DNA of 54,814 nucleotides, taken from Polymyxa betae A26-41 (Eukaryota; Protista; Endomyxa: Phytomyxea). The DNA lies in contig RBZT01000756.1 of assembly GCA_003693705.1 (NCBI GenBank), positions 1 to 54,814 on the forward strand. The letters are read 5' to 3'. The notes under the pieces were generated by a model, which was not told where the DNA came from, made no database searches, and worked only from the letters and a program-made list of their open reading frames with translations. Positions 34,729 to 49,000 of the stretch are shown here, piece by piece (within the stretch, counting starts at the first letter, position 1; each line of letters opens with the position of its first letter). The position numbers were made by a program, and so were the translations under genes.

Positions 34729-36130
34729 CCGGTTCGCAGAGATTGCCGCCCCGCTGATACAATTGCTGCGCAAAAGTACACCTTTCATCTAACCACAGGC
34801 TCAAGACGAAGCATTCCGCGCTATACGTGATAAACTGGCTTCCTACCCAGTATTGCACTACCCTGACTCATCTCGGGAATTTTTCGTGAAGACCGATTTT
34901 TCAAGGGTCGTTATGGGTGCTGTCCTGACACAATTTAATGACGAGGTACATGAATGCCCCGCCGCCTACCTGTCCAGACCGCGCCGTGGAAAAGGCTCGA
35001 CATACTCGGCTCGAGGGGGGAGTCAGTCGCCCTCTGGTGGGCAGTCAAACGATGGCGCCCGTTTTTGGAAGGAGTACAGTTTACGGCAGTCTCCGACCGC
35101 CATTTTCTTAACAGATAAGTCGGCGATGATTACGGCCAAGGCCCTGCTCCAACTATTTAGCCAGGAGTCGTTCCCAATCCCAGTTACCTCGAATCGAGGG
35201 GAGACTTTAGGATCGTACCTGCGTCAAGCTATTGCAGTTATAGTTGGCTTCAAGCTCGCGACTACATTGGCATATCGCGATAAGGGTAATGCCTTAGTGG
35301 AAAGGACACACAGTTTCTTACCTGCAGGACTCACGGCTATGAGCAACCCAGAACAGACCGACTGGAACGAGATCGTTGATTCTATATCGCTCTCATATCG
35401 ATCGTGCGTGCACCCAGAGTTGGCTGAGACGCCGTTATTTCTGGAACGTGGGCGGGACCCTCGCATGCCGCAGGAACTACTCGTGACACCTAGCCGTTTG
35501 GAGAATGAGTCGACAGATGTCAACGAATGGAGACTATTGACCCTTACACGATTACAGAAAGCGCGAGAGCTGGCAGTGCAGACAGACCAGACAGTGATTT
35601 CGCGTAGCGCGAAGGCATACAACCAGAACCGATATGATGTCAAGTTCGACGGGGGCAGCTATTTTGGGCGTGGAAGCAGCCCGTACAAAGCAACGAACCC
35701 GATCCAGCAAGACCTACAAGGAAATTTGAATCGTCGGCCTCAGGACCCTGGCGCGTCCTTGATCAGCTCGCGAATAATAACTACAGGCTTCGACACGCTC
35801 GGACCGGCGAAGTGGACGACTTCAACGTTGATTCCCTGGTACCCGTCACGGACACTGAATGGTCGCCGTCCCTCGACGACGTCCTCCAAGCACCAGAGGT
35901 GTCCGACTTTGTCGACTTCGACAACCCATATGATACCGACGACGAAGAGACCCACGGTCTCTACGACGATATGAATGCCTTACTCGGTACGCACCTTTCG
36001 AACAAGGGGGTGTAGCACGGGCTGCGCTCGTGTTCTGAGACCCGACCTTGACCGGATATCGGGGCGAGCCCAACAGAATGGCTGAGCCGTTCGCACAGTT
36101 CTTGATCGCGGTCTTGGTGAATTTGACCCT
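34729..36130 (+). mobile_element. Deleted gypsy fragment (RNase H, IN, PPT, start of 3' LTR at 36011), related to 41586-44986
   Basis: FAEIAAPL, VKTDFS..GAVLTQ, GNALVERTH, ETPLFLERGRDPR; PPT AAGGGGG followed by TGTAGC. Confidence 0.85.
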
Positions 36131-36132
36131 AG

Positions 36133-36303
36133 CCGGAAAACATCTTTATCCATTCGAAAATTCTGCCAGTTGGGTGTCCAAACATGACCTCGTCAGTGGG
36201 AACGGAACTGCGCGCCGGAAAGTTAATGTCCGGTGGCAAAACCTTTGACCACGGGAATTCCCAACTTCCCGCCAAAGAATTTCCCTGCCATCCAAACGGG
36301 CCC
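36133..36303. mobile_element. Right end of a PIF/Tourist-like element
   Basis: Ends in CCATCCAAACGGGCCC followed by TTA. Confidence 0.7.
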
Positions 36304-36361
36304 TTATTTCCAAGTAATTGGCCCAATTCCGATCTCTTGCTCAGTCAGATAATCAATAAAT

Positions 36362-36520
36362 TTATTCGTGATCTTCCGATTCTCCAGATCTTGACCAGAT
36401 ATGCTCTACCAAATCATTGGTCCGCCGACGGTGCGTGTTTCGATTCGGCACCGATATCCTCCTCTGACAAATAAAATCCAAAGGCAGCAGTGCCAAATCT
36501 CTGCCGCGATTACTACTGCC
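36362..36520 (-). pseudogene. Harbinger transposase extreme C-terminus
   Basis: RNTHRRRTNDLVEHIW, comparable to LQLDLIEHI near 39140. Confidence 0.6.
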
Positions 36521-36729
36521 ATTAAGGATTGTTTGAGCACCCGATTCAGAAACTATCGATTTCGCGATCTTTATGTGTTCTTCTGTGGTCATCTCCACAC
36601 CACTACATATAACGCAAAGGCCGAACATGCCTATTTTTGGTACAAAACGGAATCGGATAGGATCAATAAAAGACATATAAGGCACAATCGCGGAAACTCC
36701 AACAATCCGGGGCTTTAACTTGAATCCTC

Positions 36730-37390
36730 GACGAACCGTCGACAATGGAGAATTCTTTCGAGCCAAACATTGCTCAGGGCACTTCGATGAGCATCATTTC
36801 CCATTTCAAACCGAAAAGTGAGATTCGACTGTCCCAGTGTTGGGAAACGGACAAGCCAAGCCTCCAAAGAACTCAACAAGCTCCGGTAAACGATCTTTCA
36901 GTCCAAAAAAAGCCCAAGCTTCTGGAAAGTCGGTGTTTGCACCAAGGTTCGCAACTGCACCAGGCAGACGAGGTTCCAGTTTTTTGTCATCTATAAGCTA
37001 CTCAACAATCCGATCAATCTTAGAGGCATAACAAAAATGGCAAAGTCGAGAGTACGACATTACGAGATCAGTCACCTCGCGAGGCTTTAGTGCAACAATC
37101 TCTAGAGGTAACGTTGGCGGATGAATGTAATCAACCGCTTCTCCTCGAACTGCAGATACTTTAACAAGCCTTTCCAAAATCGACGAAAGGAAATATGCCA
37201 CTAGCTGGCACACGTTATCCGCATCCAAATCGTTCAACTGCCGAGTGGCTGAAACACAAAGATACCTTGGTCTTTGAGAAATCCAGATAGCTCCTCTTTC
37301 AGGAATCCCCAAACATCCAATTGAGATACTAAACGTCCGCTTATTTGATTCAAACTCCGAACTGTTCGAGGAATTTCAACAAAGGCGGAT
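36730..37390 (-). pseudogene. hAT-like transposase C-terminal fragment
   Basis: Manual translation across frameshifts: LPELVEFFGGLACPFPNTGTVESHFSVLKWE..HRSALSNVWLERILHC. Confidence 0.65.
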
Positions 37391-37419
37391 CTTTTCAGGT
37401 TAGAAATCAACTGCTCGAA

Positions 37420-37897
37420 CGGTAGTTTCGGGTCGGGTACTTGCCTGATACCGGTAGTATCGGTTACCGAAATACGAAATTGTAATAAAGGGAGCTGAAA
37501 CAGCTTTTACTGTTCATTTTTCAATTCACACTTGCTGAACAATTAATGAGCTCAGCGTCTTTGGCTTCAAGTAGTGTCCGTGAAGCCCGATCACATCTCG
37601 AACTCTTGAAATAGTCTTCAACCGCCACAGATGATCCAGGAATGGAAAGAATGTTCTTGGCATATATGTTGGGGTTCAAATACTGCTTTGAATGGGGTTT
37701 CCAGAACTCCAAGGGATCCGACTGCTGGTTGCTCTCAGCGTAATCTTAGGTACTTATCCATTTCATCTATTACCTGTTGCTCTGATGGGAGACTATAAAT
37801 TTCGATAGATTTCGGTACCCGGTGGGATAGCTCATTAGTACCGGTATCCGATTCTAGAACCGATACTTGGGTAATTTCCGACCGAGTCGGAGCCCTA
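37420..37897 (-). mobile_element. Deleted hAT element with a dimerisation-domain remnant
   Basis: DPLEFWK..AKNILSIPGSSVAVE; terminus TAGGGCTCCGA on the minus strand; CGGTA/TACCG subterminal repeats at both ends. Confidence 0.8.
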
Positions 37898-37949
37898 GTT
37901 ACTAGTTAGCATTGAAGTTTTTTAACGACAAGGTTGACCTGAGTGGAGA

Positions 37950-40397
37950 TATCGGCAACCTGAGCCAGACGTCGTTTCTTTAACGTAATGAATCTATTCC
38001 TTCATCCTCAATCCTGTCAAAATGGTCGAAGATATGTGCACGATGTTCAAGTAAGAAACTGGAAGCACGGCTCATCAACATTCAACGAGTCGCAGATCAC
38101 AGGAGACACACCGCTTGGATTATACCGGAGAACAGCTTCTGCTTCCAACGATGCGAGACCAGGATGGTTAGGGTCTTCAAATATCATCCTTCATCGATAG
38201 ATTTGAATGCCTTCTGCAATATAATGTCATTTTGATGTAATAAGCGCCAAACCGGGATGAAGCCTGGTTTGGTTTGTTCCTGCTAGATGCGTGTAGCGAC
38301 ACCAGAAAGTCATGTTTGCAACTCCGCCAATGAGTTTACTGGGCCAATCCGGACAAAACGCGTGAAACAGTTTGGTGAATATCCCGAACACTCCCGCCCC
38401 ACTTCGACGTCTTTTAAAAGGAATCTCAATCACAGGAAGATTATAAATCTAAAAGGATTGAAAGAACCGAACCTGAACATCGTTGAACGCGGTCCCGTGA
38501 ATATCAGTGGAACCGTCAAATGCAACCGCAAACGCCCAGCATGTAGTTAAAGCGTCCAAAATTCTCGAAACGAGGCGGGGCAAGCAATGCGAACATATTT
38601 CGCAACATGAAGATCATTGCAAATCCCAGATTAGGAACTGAAAGTATTTGCTTGTCGTCTTGGATGGCAGCGGCGGCCATTCTGAAAGACCTTATATTCG
38701 ATGACTAACAAAACGCACTGCTAGCTCAAATCGTTTGACTTGGTTCACTTCCACAGTAAAATTTCTGTGGTCGGCATTAAAACAAACAAAGAGGTCAATC
38801 CTGTTCGAGCAAATAATCGTGTGTTCGTTAAGAGGCAAGAAGACGTACGTAATGATGTCGAACGTGCATTTGGAGTTTTGAATTCTAGATTCCGCATATT
38901 CGACACTCCTTGCAAACTCTGGAACAGGGACGAACGGCGCTCTGTAATCATCGCCTGTATTATCATCCACAACATTGAGGTAGAGAATGAGCGTGATCGT
39001 TATCTGTGTAACACGTAATTGTTCGACGATGAGGAATTGTTCCGATTATCAGGCCGCGCTTCTCACTTCCAAACGACTGGGTTGCTCAGCGCTCAAATAT
39101 TGTCCAGTTACACTGCACCCGGAAATATACTCAACTACAGTTGGATCTGATCGAACACATCGGGACATCCGCAGGTGAACATTGAGAGGACGATAATGTA
39201 TATACTGTCCCTGATCATTACAACGCCATTGTTGGTCTGAGCTTGCTCCGGTATTGCAGCCGCTTGAGCTGGACAGACCCTTGGGGTTCCTCGGACTGTG
39301 GATCCTGCACAAAGAACATAAGCAGGTTCTGTTATGATTCTCGAGAACTCTACAAAGGCAGACGGCTCAAAATATCAAAACCTGTGTTGATCCATCTGAT
39401 CAGAAGCCCAGTTGGATCTTATAGTAACGTTGATAAATGCACGGTAGATGAATAGGGATATTTGATCGGTGAAGGCCGGTTACGTTACATGTTCCGTTCC
39501 TCAGCCAGTCTTCGGCGCTCATCGGCAGCACCCGCCATCTTCTCAGCTGCCCCCATAATGCGTTAACGCGTTTGCCTGGTTCAGCAAACGCTTCCTCATC
39601 CTGATGTGACCTTTCTCTGCGCTCTTTCTCAGCAGCCTGTCCAAAAGGACGATCAGGAGTCTTGCGGGTCCTCCTGCTTCGACCTTGGCTTCGGATAAAC
39701 CAGACGTTTTTTCAAAAAGAGAAGACTTCGGGCATAATTTCAGAGGTTTATAGGCCTCCATATACTTAACTGTTGGTTGGTGGTAATAAAGAACCGTTTT
39801 GTTACCTCTTCAATTGCGCTCTGCTCATTCTCACCTGATCTCAAATTGTTCAAGCGCTGGTTCAATATCCCTGCCAATTTCGGAACGTTTCTGGCAGGTA
39901 TTCCCCAATAGCTCTCCAGAGAATTCGCCGTTCTCTCAATCGTGAGCTCGCCGGCCATCTCTTCGTTAAATTGGGTGCATACCCGCTGCCAAAACGTGGA
40001 TCCTGCTTGGTCAACGCCGTTAATCGGATCCATCGTAAGAACCTTGCAGCTCGAACAATCGCCAAGGACACATTCGGATTGAAACCGGGGCCACGAGAAG
40101 TCAGTTTTTTGGGCAGAGTCTGGGCCAGCTGAGCCATTTGCTGCATCATTGACTTCCTTAAAATTACAGCGACGACAGATCCCAGGAAAATGCTACTCTC
40201 CAGAATCGGCAGTACGGACTGTGAGCGGGGCCTCCGCACATCCTGTCTCAGGCCGCGATCTACATTTGACTGGGAGCGATACCGGCTGCGGTGGGTCTGC
40301 TCTTATAGTCCATTTGTAGCAGAAAATTGCGATCCCCCGAGATTAGGTCATTTTTAGGCAGTAGGCCATGTTTAGGCCACTTTACAGGGCCTCGCTC
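37950..40397. mobile_element. Harbinger element: transposase on plus (about 37950-39185), Myb/NAM-associated-like ORF1 on minus (about 39480-40313)
   Basis: RQEDVRNDVERAFGVLNSRF..ACIIIHN and DLIEHI; DPINGVDQAGSTFWQRV..RTANSLESYW. TAGGYCA-like subterminal repeats 40344-40379. Ends are approximate. Confidence 0.82.
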
Positions 40398-40579
40398 TGA
40401 TCATTACCTATGCTACCTTCTAGTTACACATTCTGTAAATATCTCACGTTGTTACAGCTAGATAAACTTCACTTTCCTAGTTTGGCACTATCCCTGGCGG
40501 CAGACCTTGAAGTCGAAAATGCCACAGATTAGGATATCGAAGCCCGGATTCTACCGGCTGTGATAGACTACCAATCTCT

Positions 40580-41325
40580 GAATCGAATGAGGATTGATTA
40601 TGAAACAGAAGATGGATTTGAAGATTGACACCATTCGCCTGCGGGTCAGTCATCTTTTTGTCCAATTTACTAAGATTGTGAAGGACAATGGTTGGAAACA
40701 CCTATTGGAAGACGCAGATGAAAATCGACTAAGGCTCGATTCCTCACTGAAGCGATCTATCCAAAACATGTGAACACCACAATCATCAACGCGATGAAAA
40801 TCGTGCCCAGAATTGCGAACCTGATCATAGCATCTTTATTCTTGCTGCGACCAAAGGCCGTGAACAACGAAGTAAAACGCGCATGCGTAATGATTAGGTG
40901 GGCATACAACCGTGACTCAGCATGAAATCCATCGTGAACGCAACGAAGAGGCAAAATCAGCAAAGGTTCTGTCCGTTGCGAGGGCGGCGACACCTGTGAC
41001 AGCAAATACCGGGTGGTCCTGCCGTACCTGCCAGAAAAATGAACATGGGTTCAAGACGTGTCAAAAGGCTCGCAATCAGGTCACCTGTCCGAGATGCGAT
41101 GGAGCGCACCATTTCCGTTTTGAATGCCCAAAGCTGAAGAAGAATGCGACGACCAGTTCGAGCACGACGGCAGTGGCAACGGTGAAAGCAGCAATGATGA
41201 CGCGACGACGAAGAAGCAGCAGGCTGCTGCGTCCGTATCGGACGCCTGAGGAGAGGGGCGGCATCAGCCGCCCCAACCCCTTTCGACCCAGGGGGACTGC
41301 CAACTATTCCCAGAGTAGTGACATC
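40580..41325 (+). pseudogene. Gypsy gag fragment with two zinc knuckles
   Basis: RVSHLFVQFTKIVKDNGW aligns with RVIDRIVHFHRIVKENGW (51436-51690); CRTCQKNEHGFKTC and CPRCDGAHHFRFEC. Confidence 0.75.
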
Positions 41326-41328
41326 TAA

Positions 41329-41586
41329 GGGCTCGTTTGGCAACCACCACCGGAATTCCGTAGGTGCTACGGAATTTCCATGGTCACAATTTGTGGCCGT
41401 GGACAGGAAATTTCGGTAGCGGAAAGTTCCCAAGATTTTTTCCGCAGGCAGTGACCTGCGGACAAAATTCGACGGAATTCCGGCGCCGCCTACGGAATTC
41501 CGGTTTCCTCTGTCCACGGTCGCCAAACACTCAAATCGCCGGAAAATCGGAAATTTCCGTTTTTCCGGCGGAAATTGCGGAATTGT
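41329..41586. mobile_element. Truncated PIF/Tourist-like MITE
   Basis: TAA then GGGCTCGTTTGG; many CGGAATTCCG/GGAAATTTCC subterminal motifs. Confidence 0.75.
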
Positions 41587-44500
41587 GAAGACGGGCATCT
41601 CCTTCCTGCAGATCCCAATGCAGATCCGTTGGGCTGACGACTCAGCCACAAAGGCATGAAGCGTGCGACAATGCGAAGTCGTATCTGATCATGAAGAAGC
41701 CGTTCTTCGTGACGTTCGGGTCGTTTGGCTAGCTTTGACAAAATCTGAACAGCAGCAGATTAGAGAGTGGATCCACGAATACGCGGACTGTTTTACCTCG
41801 GAGCACAAACAGATAGGACGGACGAAGACCGAGAAACACAGAATCAAACTGATCCCGGATGCCCAGCCAGTTTGTTGCCCGCCGCGGCGACTGCAACCCG
41901 AGCTAGAGCGGCACGCCCGAGAAACCGTCGACAAGTTACTAGCTACCGGACAAATTCGCCCGTCTAGGCCATGGCCATTAGCGATCGTTTTAACACGCAG
42001 GAAGGACGGATCATATCTTTTCGCAGTGGATTACCGAAGGTTGAACGACCTCACAGTGCCGGACGCGTACCCGATGCCACGTATTGACGAAGCCCAGTCA
42101 GCAATGGATGGCGCTAGGTTTTTTTCCACGTTCGATATGGCGTGTGGATATTGGCAGTTCGACATGGAGGAAGCAGATAAGGAGAAAACCGCATTCGTCA
42201 AGCGAGATGGTCTCTTCGAATGGAATTGTATGCCATTCGGATTACGCGGCGCCCTGCGACATATTGCCGGCTGATGGCGAATGTTCTGGCAGGACTTGCG
42301 TTCGCACAGTGCTTGGTGTGTATGGATGACGTGATGGTCTTCAGCCCAACCGTCAATGAGCGCCTGCCGCGAATGAGAAACGTTTTCGATCGCCTCCGTG
42401 AGCACAATCTTACAGCTACGATCCTTCAGCGCGAAGTCGCCTATCTGGGCCATGTTATAGACTCCAAAGGGATTCGACCCGATCGACGCCTGATAGCAGC
42501 AGTGGCCGATTACCCCACACCACGAACAAAGTCAGAATTGAAGACGTTCCTAGGATTGGCCGGATATTATTGCCCCTTCATACCCGGGTTCGCGGCCATT
42601 GCAGCTCCGTTATCCGATATGACGGCGACCAAGATCGAATGGCTGTGGGGAACTCAGCAACAAAACGCGTTCGAGGAATTGCGGCATCGCCTAACATCAC
42701 GACCTGTGCTGGCCCATCCAGACTTCAGTTGCGAATTCATTGTCCAGACCGATTATTCGAAGACGGCTGTCGGCGCAGTGCTGAGTCAGCGAAGTACAGA
42801 CGGAGTTGAGCATCCGATTGCCTTTTTGTCACGCAAATGTAGGGGGCGAGAATGTCATTATTCTGCACGCAGAGGTGAAGCAGTCGCAATTCGCCATCCT
42901 CACCGCAAATGGCGATGCTTCATGGAAGGACAACACTTCATTATCCAAACTGACCATCGACCACTCGAATTCTTACGGAAGGATTCGGATGACGCCCAAC
43001 TTTGTAGAATTTGGGAAGCGATGGAGCCCTTCAACTATACAATTCGCTACAAGAAAGGTTGTGAGAATGCGAACGCAGACGCTCTTAGCCGCGCCGAGCA
43101 AAACTACCACGAAGCCGGCGACACCGTCAGCGAAGATATGCTAGCCGACTTGAAATCGGAGGGAACGGTTGATTCGGACGAAGAATCGTTGCCTGAAGCC
43201 ATCGTCGACACAGGGGCAGCCAGCACAACGACGTCACCTGGGGCTGAAGAAGCGCTATGTATGAGAGAGCGCGCAGACCCAGAACTCGCAACAATCATGG
43301 ATCAGCTGGATCGAAACGAAACACCGAGCGTCAGATGGGCAAGAGGCGCGGCGGTCAACGACAAAGGCATCCTAATACGAGTCCGAAGGCAAGCGAATGG
43401 CAGGCTTCCTCCACCGCATGTCTACATTCCGACGACAGATCGGGAACAACACCTACAACAAGCACATGATCAGAGTGGTCATTTCGGAATTAAACGGACG
43501 TCGCAGACCGTACGAAGAGACGCATTCTGGCCGAACATGGCGAGCGATGTGGAGAAATACGTAGCGGGATGCATTCCGTGCCAACAGAGCCAAGCGACAG
43601 TACCATGTCAACAAGGGCTGATGAATGTGTTCGATGAAGAATTGTCGAAGGAACCGTGGGCGGTGATTCACATCGACAACGTCACTTCACTACCCACAAC
43701 GACGCGTGGGAACAAACATATACTGACGGCGACTTGCAGGATGACGCACGCTACGATCTGTAAGCCCGTGAAGACACTGACAGCAGCTGAAGCAGCCAAT
43801 TGATTGATCGACAACGTATTTTTGATCCATGGGTTTCCGGCAAAAATTGTTGCAGATCGCAGCACTTCGTGGTGCAATGCTATCTGGAAGGCGATGGATG
43901 ATACAGTCGGATTCCGATTGGCCCTAACTTGTCGCACGTCGGGTCCAAGGCAACGGAATGGCCGAAAGACCACATAACTACCTGAACAAATACCTGCGTA
44001 CAATGCCGGAGGCAGATCAACGCAGATGGGATCGCCTACTGAATTACCTGGCGTTTGTATACTGCACAGGCTTCAACGCTACGACCCGAGAAACGCCACA
44101 TTATCTCGAGTTTGGAAGAGATCTTCGTGGACCTATGCGGTACAGTGTTAGGATAACACGCGAGGCGTCGAGCGACCGGAAGAGGTACCTGCAAGAGCTT
44201 CAAACCCGGCTCCGGGCGCATGGGCAACAGTAGAGGAGATCGCGGACAGCGAATATCAACGGCGGGCCGACAAAGCCAATACTGGCAGACATGACATGGT
44301 TCTAAAGCCTGGACAACTCTTCTGGGTTACTCGGACAAAAGCAGAACCGGTGATACAAGAGCGGCAATCCAGACTGCTCCTACCAAGACTGACGGGGCCA
44401 TGGCGGGTTCTGTGTCGTCACGATAATGCGCCTGGAACGTATCGCCTTCGACTGATTTGCACGAATCAAGAAGTTTCCTTCAATATTGATCAGATCATCC

Positions 44501-44986
44501 CGTACCGGAGCCGCGAGTCGGCTGAAGCCACGGACGACACGGAGCTGGAGTGGGACCCGGGCAGCCAGACTGGCATCGAGGAGGCTCCCGCGCATAGCAC
44601 CGACGCCAACGACGACTCCTCCGGGTTCGAGTCATATCACAGCGCCGACTTCGAATCGTCGGACGACGATAGTGGTCGACGACCCAAGTTATCAAAGGGC
44701 AAGAGAGCCGCGAGGCCGCGCAATTCCACCTCGTACTTCTTTGCGTACGCCAAGTCCTCTTCACCAAAAAAACCGGCGTGAGGACTAGGGAGTGTGTGTA
44801 ATGACTACGTCGGAGTACAACTGTGACTCAGCAGGAAATCCAAGAAAGCAGCGACTCGTTGTTTTTTATTTTTCATAAACTGTTTCGGTTATCTTCCCGT
44901 TGACTTTAACCACTCTATCGCTCCTGTTTTCTTTTAGTTCTACGTCTTCAGTGAACTCTCCGATCCCGGTTCCTGGACGTTTCACA
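41586..44986 (+). mobile_element. Ty3/gypsy pol (RT, RNase H, IN) with PPT and 3' LTR (44797-44986)
   Basis: VDYRRLN, MPFGL, MDDV, TDYSKTAVGAVLSQ, TDHRPL, NADALSR, HDQSGHFG..CIPCQ, GPWRV; purine tract then TGTAATG...TTCACA. Confidence 0.93.
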
Positions 44987-46005
44987 TGCTTAAACAGCTC
45001 GATGATGGAGAGGAGGAATTCAAGAAAGAACCGCGCAGCAATGAACTGACACCTCTTGAGCCGACGGAGGAGAAGAACAGCCCATGAAGGCCCGACCGGT
45101 CACAGTTGAAATCAATAAGAGCCTGTTTCAGGTAGAAATTTGTATTAATGAAATTATCCCGTGAGTTGCGGCGGATTGTGTAACTTTCTGCGCGTTTCAA
45201 AAGCATGGCATCAGACTCTTCGTTTGTCGAACGGGCAGGCAGTTCTGCCCGAAGCTAACTTCGATACTTCTGACATCGTGCATCAAATCGCCAAATGGAC
45301 TATAGTGGCCTCGGGACCTAGGATTCCAAAAGGCATCGTGGAAGATGCGGAGAACAATCGAACAAATGAGGGCATCCGAAGAAAGACCAAAGTGCATCGA
45401 CTCCAACATCAAACGCGAAATGGACCCCAGAAATGGCTGAGATGATGACGGAATCTGGGTATCGAACCTCAAGCATTTTCTTCGAAGGCGGTAGAAAAGC
45501 CGACATGCATCATCTGACGGCTGGAGCCGAGTTGCATTCGAAGTCAGCCGCATACATGGCCACTCCTTTCGGTCGACCAGATCAAGACCAGACATAACTA
45601 CTGCATCACGAAATGGCGCGCTCGCAAGCCATTTGGAAAGGAAAATACAAAATCGAGAAACGAACCAATTGATCAAGATGGCAAGGGGACAGATTCTGAA
45701 ATGATTCGCCACCAGTTAGCAGATAAAGTTGGCCTGGAATGCGACTTCGGACAATCGATGGGTCACAATGTGCATCCCGATCAAAACCCAGCCGCATTTT
45801 TGAAAGCAGCACGCGCTCGGCTGGAAAACCCGATATGTGTACAAACGGTGCTAGCATTGAATTGGATCTCAATGAAGTGGGTGCGGGGCTTAAGTCCATT
45901 GTAATGTCGCTGTCGTAAGCAGCAGTTCCGAAATGGTCGACCTGCTGAAGGAGAATGTCATCCGATCCGACGTCGGATGGTGCCATTGTAGGATGGTGCC
46001 GCACT

Positions 46006-49000
46006 TGTTATGTCATACGGTTAGGTGGCCGCGCCCTTCTACCTTGTTGGGTGTCTAAGTTCGGAAAACAGCACTCTTGCTTTGCGCTGATAGTGAGAGC
46101 ATAACTTGAAAGAGAGCCACGACGAGCCGAGGCTCTACAGAACGTTCTAAGCATTCGAACCGGAAGAATATGTCTGAATTTGCAAGTAGATGTCGAAGCT
46201 GAAGAAGAGCGGCATGAAGAACCCTATCTCTGAGCCTGTTGAAGCACCCTGCTTGACGTCACTGGTGCCCCAAGATGTGGCTGTGTTTGTCATGCTACGA
46301 AAGAGGATCGAGGAGTGAAAGGCGACACACAATGAACGCATTAGTCCTACAAGCCTTCTCCTATCGATCGAGCCAAAGCTATTACAAGTAATATGTAAGC
46401 TAAGAATTCCGGACGTATCAGAGGACAAGGTCACCGACGACTACCTCGAACGTTACCTGAGGGGACTAATGAAACCCAAGGGTGTCCTCTATGACATCGA
46501 GAAGGTGGTTAAAGACCAGCTGAAGTACGACCTGTCAATACCAGATTCCGATGCTCAACTGTTCAAGGACTTCAATGATATTAGCCAGAAGTATACCTTA
46601 GCTGAGGTTTATCAAGACGACGTTGGCCAAAAACTAAAATCCAAGCTGATAGCTGGAGCACTGAAATCCGAGTCCGTTCGAACGATGGCTATAACTGCGT
46701 TGAAATACAAGCATCGTGAGGCAAGGAAGGACACCCGGAAGTTGTTTGATGTCTTGTTGAGGATAGTTTCGAACCAAGATGAGATCCACCGTGCATCGAA
46801 GCCGAAAGCAGAGAAGAAGCGCGGCAGCGCGACGGAGGAAAAACACCAACGCTGGTGGGAACCAAAAGCCTAAGGCGAAGCTTGAAACACCACCGAATGG
46901 CTGTCTGAAGTGTAAAGAAAACCATTGGCTCTCAGCATGTCCTCAAAAACCTTCGAAGATGAACAAGAACAGCAAATTGTTGAGTTCAAAAATAAGAATC
47001 CCTTTGAACGAAACCAAGTCCGTGCTCAAAAGTCGTTTGCCGAGGTGGAGACGAGTTGACCGGCGAGATCGGATCGGGATGTGAACATGCTGTCGAGCTG
47101 GATAGTGGGGCAGACCGTACGTTCATACCACGATTGCTACTGGATGAGATTCGGCGCTGAGATGCCAAGGTGGAGCTGGCGATTCGACCTATCAAAGTCC
47201 AGTTCGTGACAAAAGATGGCGTTGAGATGCCAATTGTAAACGGGTGTATTGAAGCTAGTGTCACCACAGGCACCCCCGTGGGTGAGAACACCATGCCCCA
47301 AGTGATGTGCTGGGTAATGGTTCGGAAACGGAGACCGACCTAGGAATCGATCCGATGACGGCGTTGGAAAGATTGATTGAGACAACATCGGCATCGGATG
47401 CTGTTGAAATGCCTTTGCAAAAAAGCTCATTGGTAATAAACCTGTTGTGGAAGAGAATAAATCGAACATTGATGATGAAGAACTGATTATTGCTAAAGAA
47501 GATAAGGTTGGACGGGCTGTGGAGCATGGGCTGACTAAACGATCCGAACAAAGATAAAGGCGATCAAAACATGCGTGCGCTGTTTCGTGCTCGACTTGGA
47601 ACCGATCCTCCCGCTAAAGTTCGACCGATGAAGATTCATTTGATGCAGAATGACCACGTCATTGCAAACCACGGCGATACCATCCTAGTCACTACATGGA
47701 TATGTGATGGAATTGGGAAGCTAATGGTTAGATTATATTGGAATATACAATCAAGATATACATCGCCGGTGTTAATGGTCTCGAAGCCTGATGTCCAAGG
47801 CTTCCGTATTACTGTGGATCTACGGGCCATTAATGAAGATACTGAGCCTGTGCCTTGGTCGATGCCGCCACTAGAGATCTTCTTGGTCGGCTAGCTGGAG
47901 CAAACGTCTTCGCTAAACTTGATGCCTACTAGGGCTATTGGCAGTTCCCGCTGGCAGAACAGTCGCAAGAGCTGCAGTCGTTTATGATTGATGGGGGCGT
48001 CTCTACCCCGACGAGAATCATTCATGGAGCAACAGATGCTGTCGCTTGCTTACAGGCGGGAATGCAAGAAGCTTTGGGTGACTATCTGTAGGATTTTATT
48101 TTATACTGGATTGACGATTTACTCGCTTATGGAAAATCTGCATTTGAACTTTTAGACAATCTGAATTTGGTTTTTAGAAGGTTAGATGGATTAAACTAAA
48201 CGCCCGCCGCTGTGACTTGTTTAACCCTCAAGTCCATAGGTGTGGCAAAATCATATCGAAGACCGGAATCTGGTTTGATCCCGAGCTTATAAATTCACTG
48301 AAATCTATGGCCGAACCCGACAACGCCGGCGAACTTCCGCAATTTGTTTGTGCCATGGGATGGCTTCGAGCCGCTATCCCTGATTCCGCGAAGCACATTC
48401 ATGTTTTACAAGAAGCAAAGAGTCGCGCTGCACAGCTGGATTCTATGGACAAGTCATTGGAAGGCGATGAATACGATTCAGCTCTCTACTATTGGCTTGG
48501 ATGAGAAGCACAGACAAAGCTTCCAGCACCCAAAAGACATCGTGGCCAGAGCTGTGGATTTGGCCCATTCTGATCCAGATAAGGCGTTTGTTTATTTTCT
48601 GATGCCAGCGATTTGCATTGGGCTATTCTGTTGACTCAGGTACCCGAAGAAGATCTATCTGTTAAAGAAACTGATCGACATCGGCCCGAACCGCTTTGGT
48701 TCCTGAGCGGCACGTTTATAGGACCGTCATTGAAATGGGCGACTATTAAAAAGGAAACGTTCCCGATCGTGGACGCGACTGGACGCCTACGTCACTTCGT
48801 GTTGAGAGAGAAGGGATTTGCAATATTAAGCGGTCACCGTAATCGCGTATACATCCTGGACCCTTCTGCACAGGCGACCGAAACATGACGACATGTTTGC
48901 GATCGGCTCGAGCGCTGGTCAACAAAGCACTTGCTAACAAGTACACGATTTGCCATATCACAGGTGCGGACAGCGTTTGGGCAGATCTGTTAACAAGGTG

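Noticed and set aside
31706-36303. One PIF element bounded by TTA at both ends
   Set aside because: The two termini differ beyond the shared GTTTGG core, and TTA/TAA is the generic PIF target.
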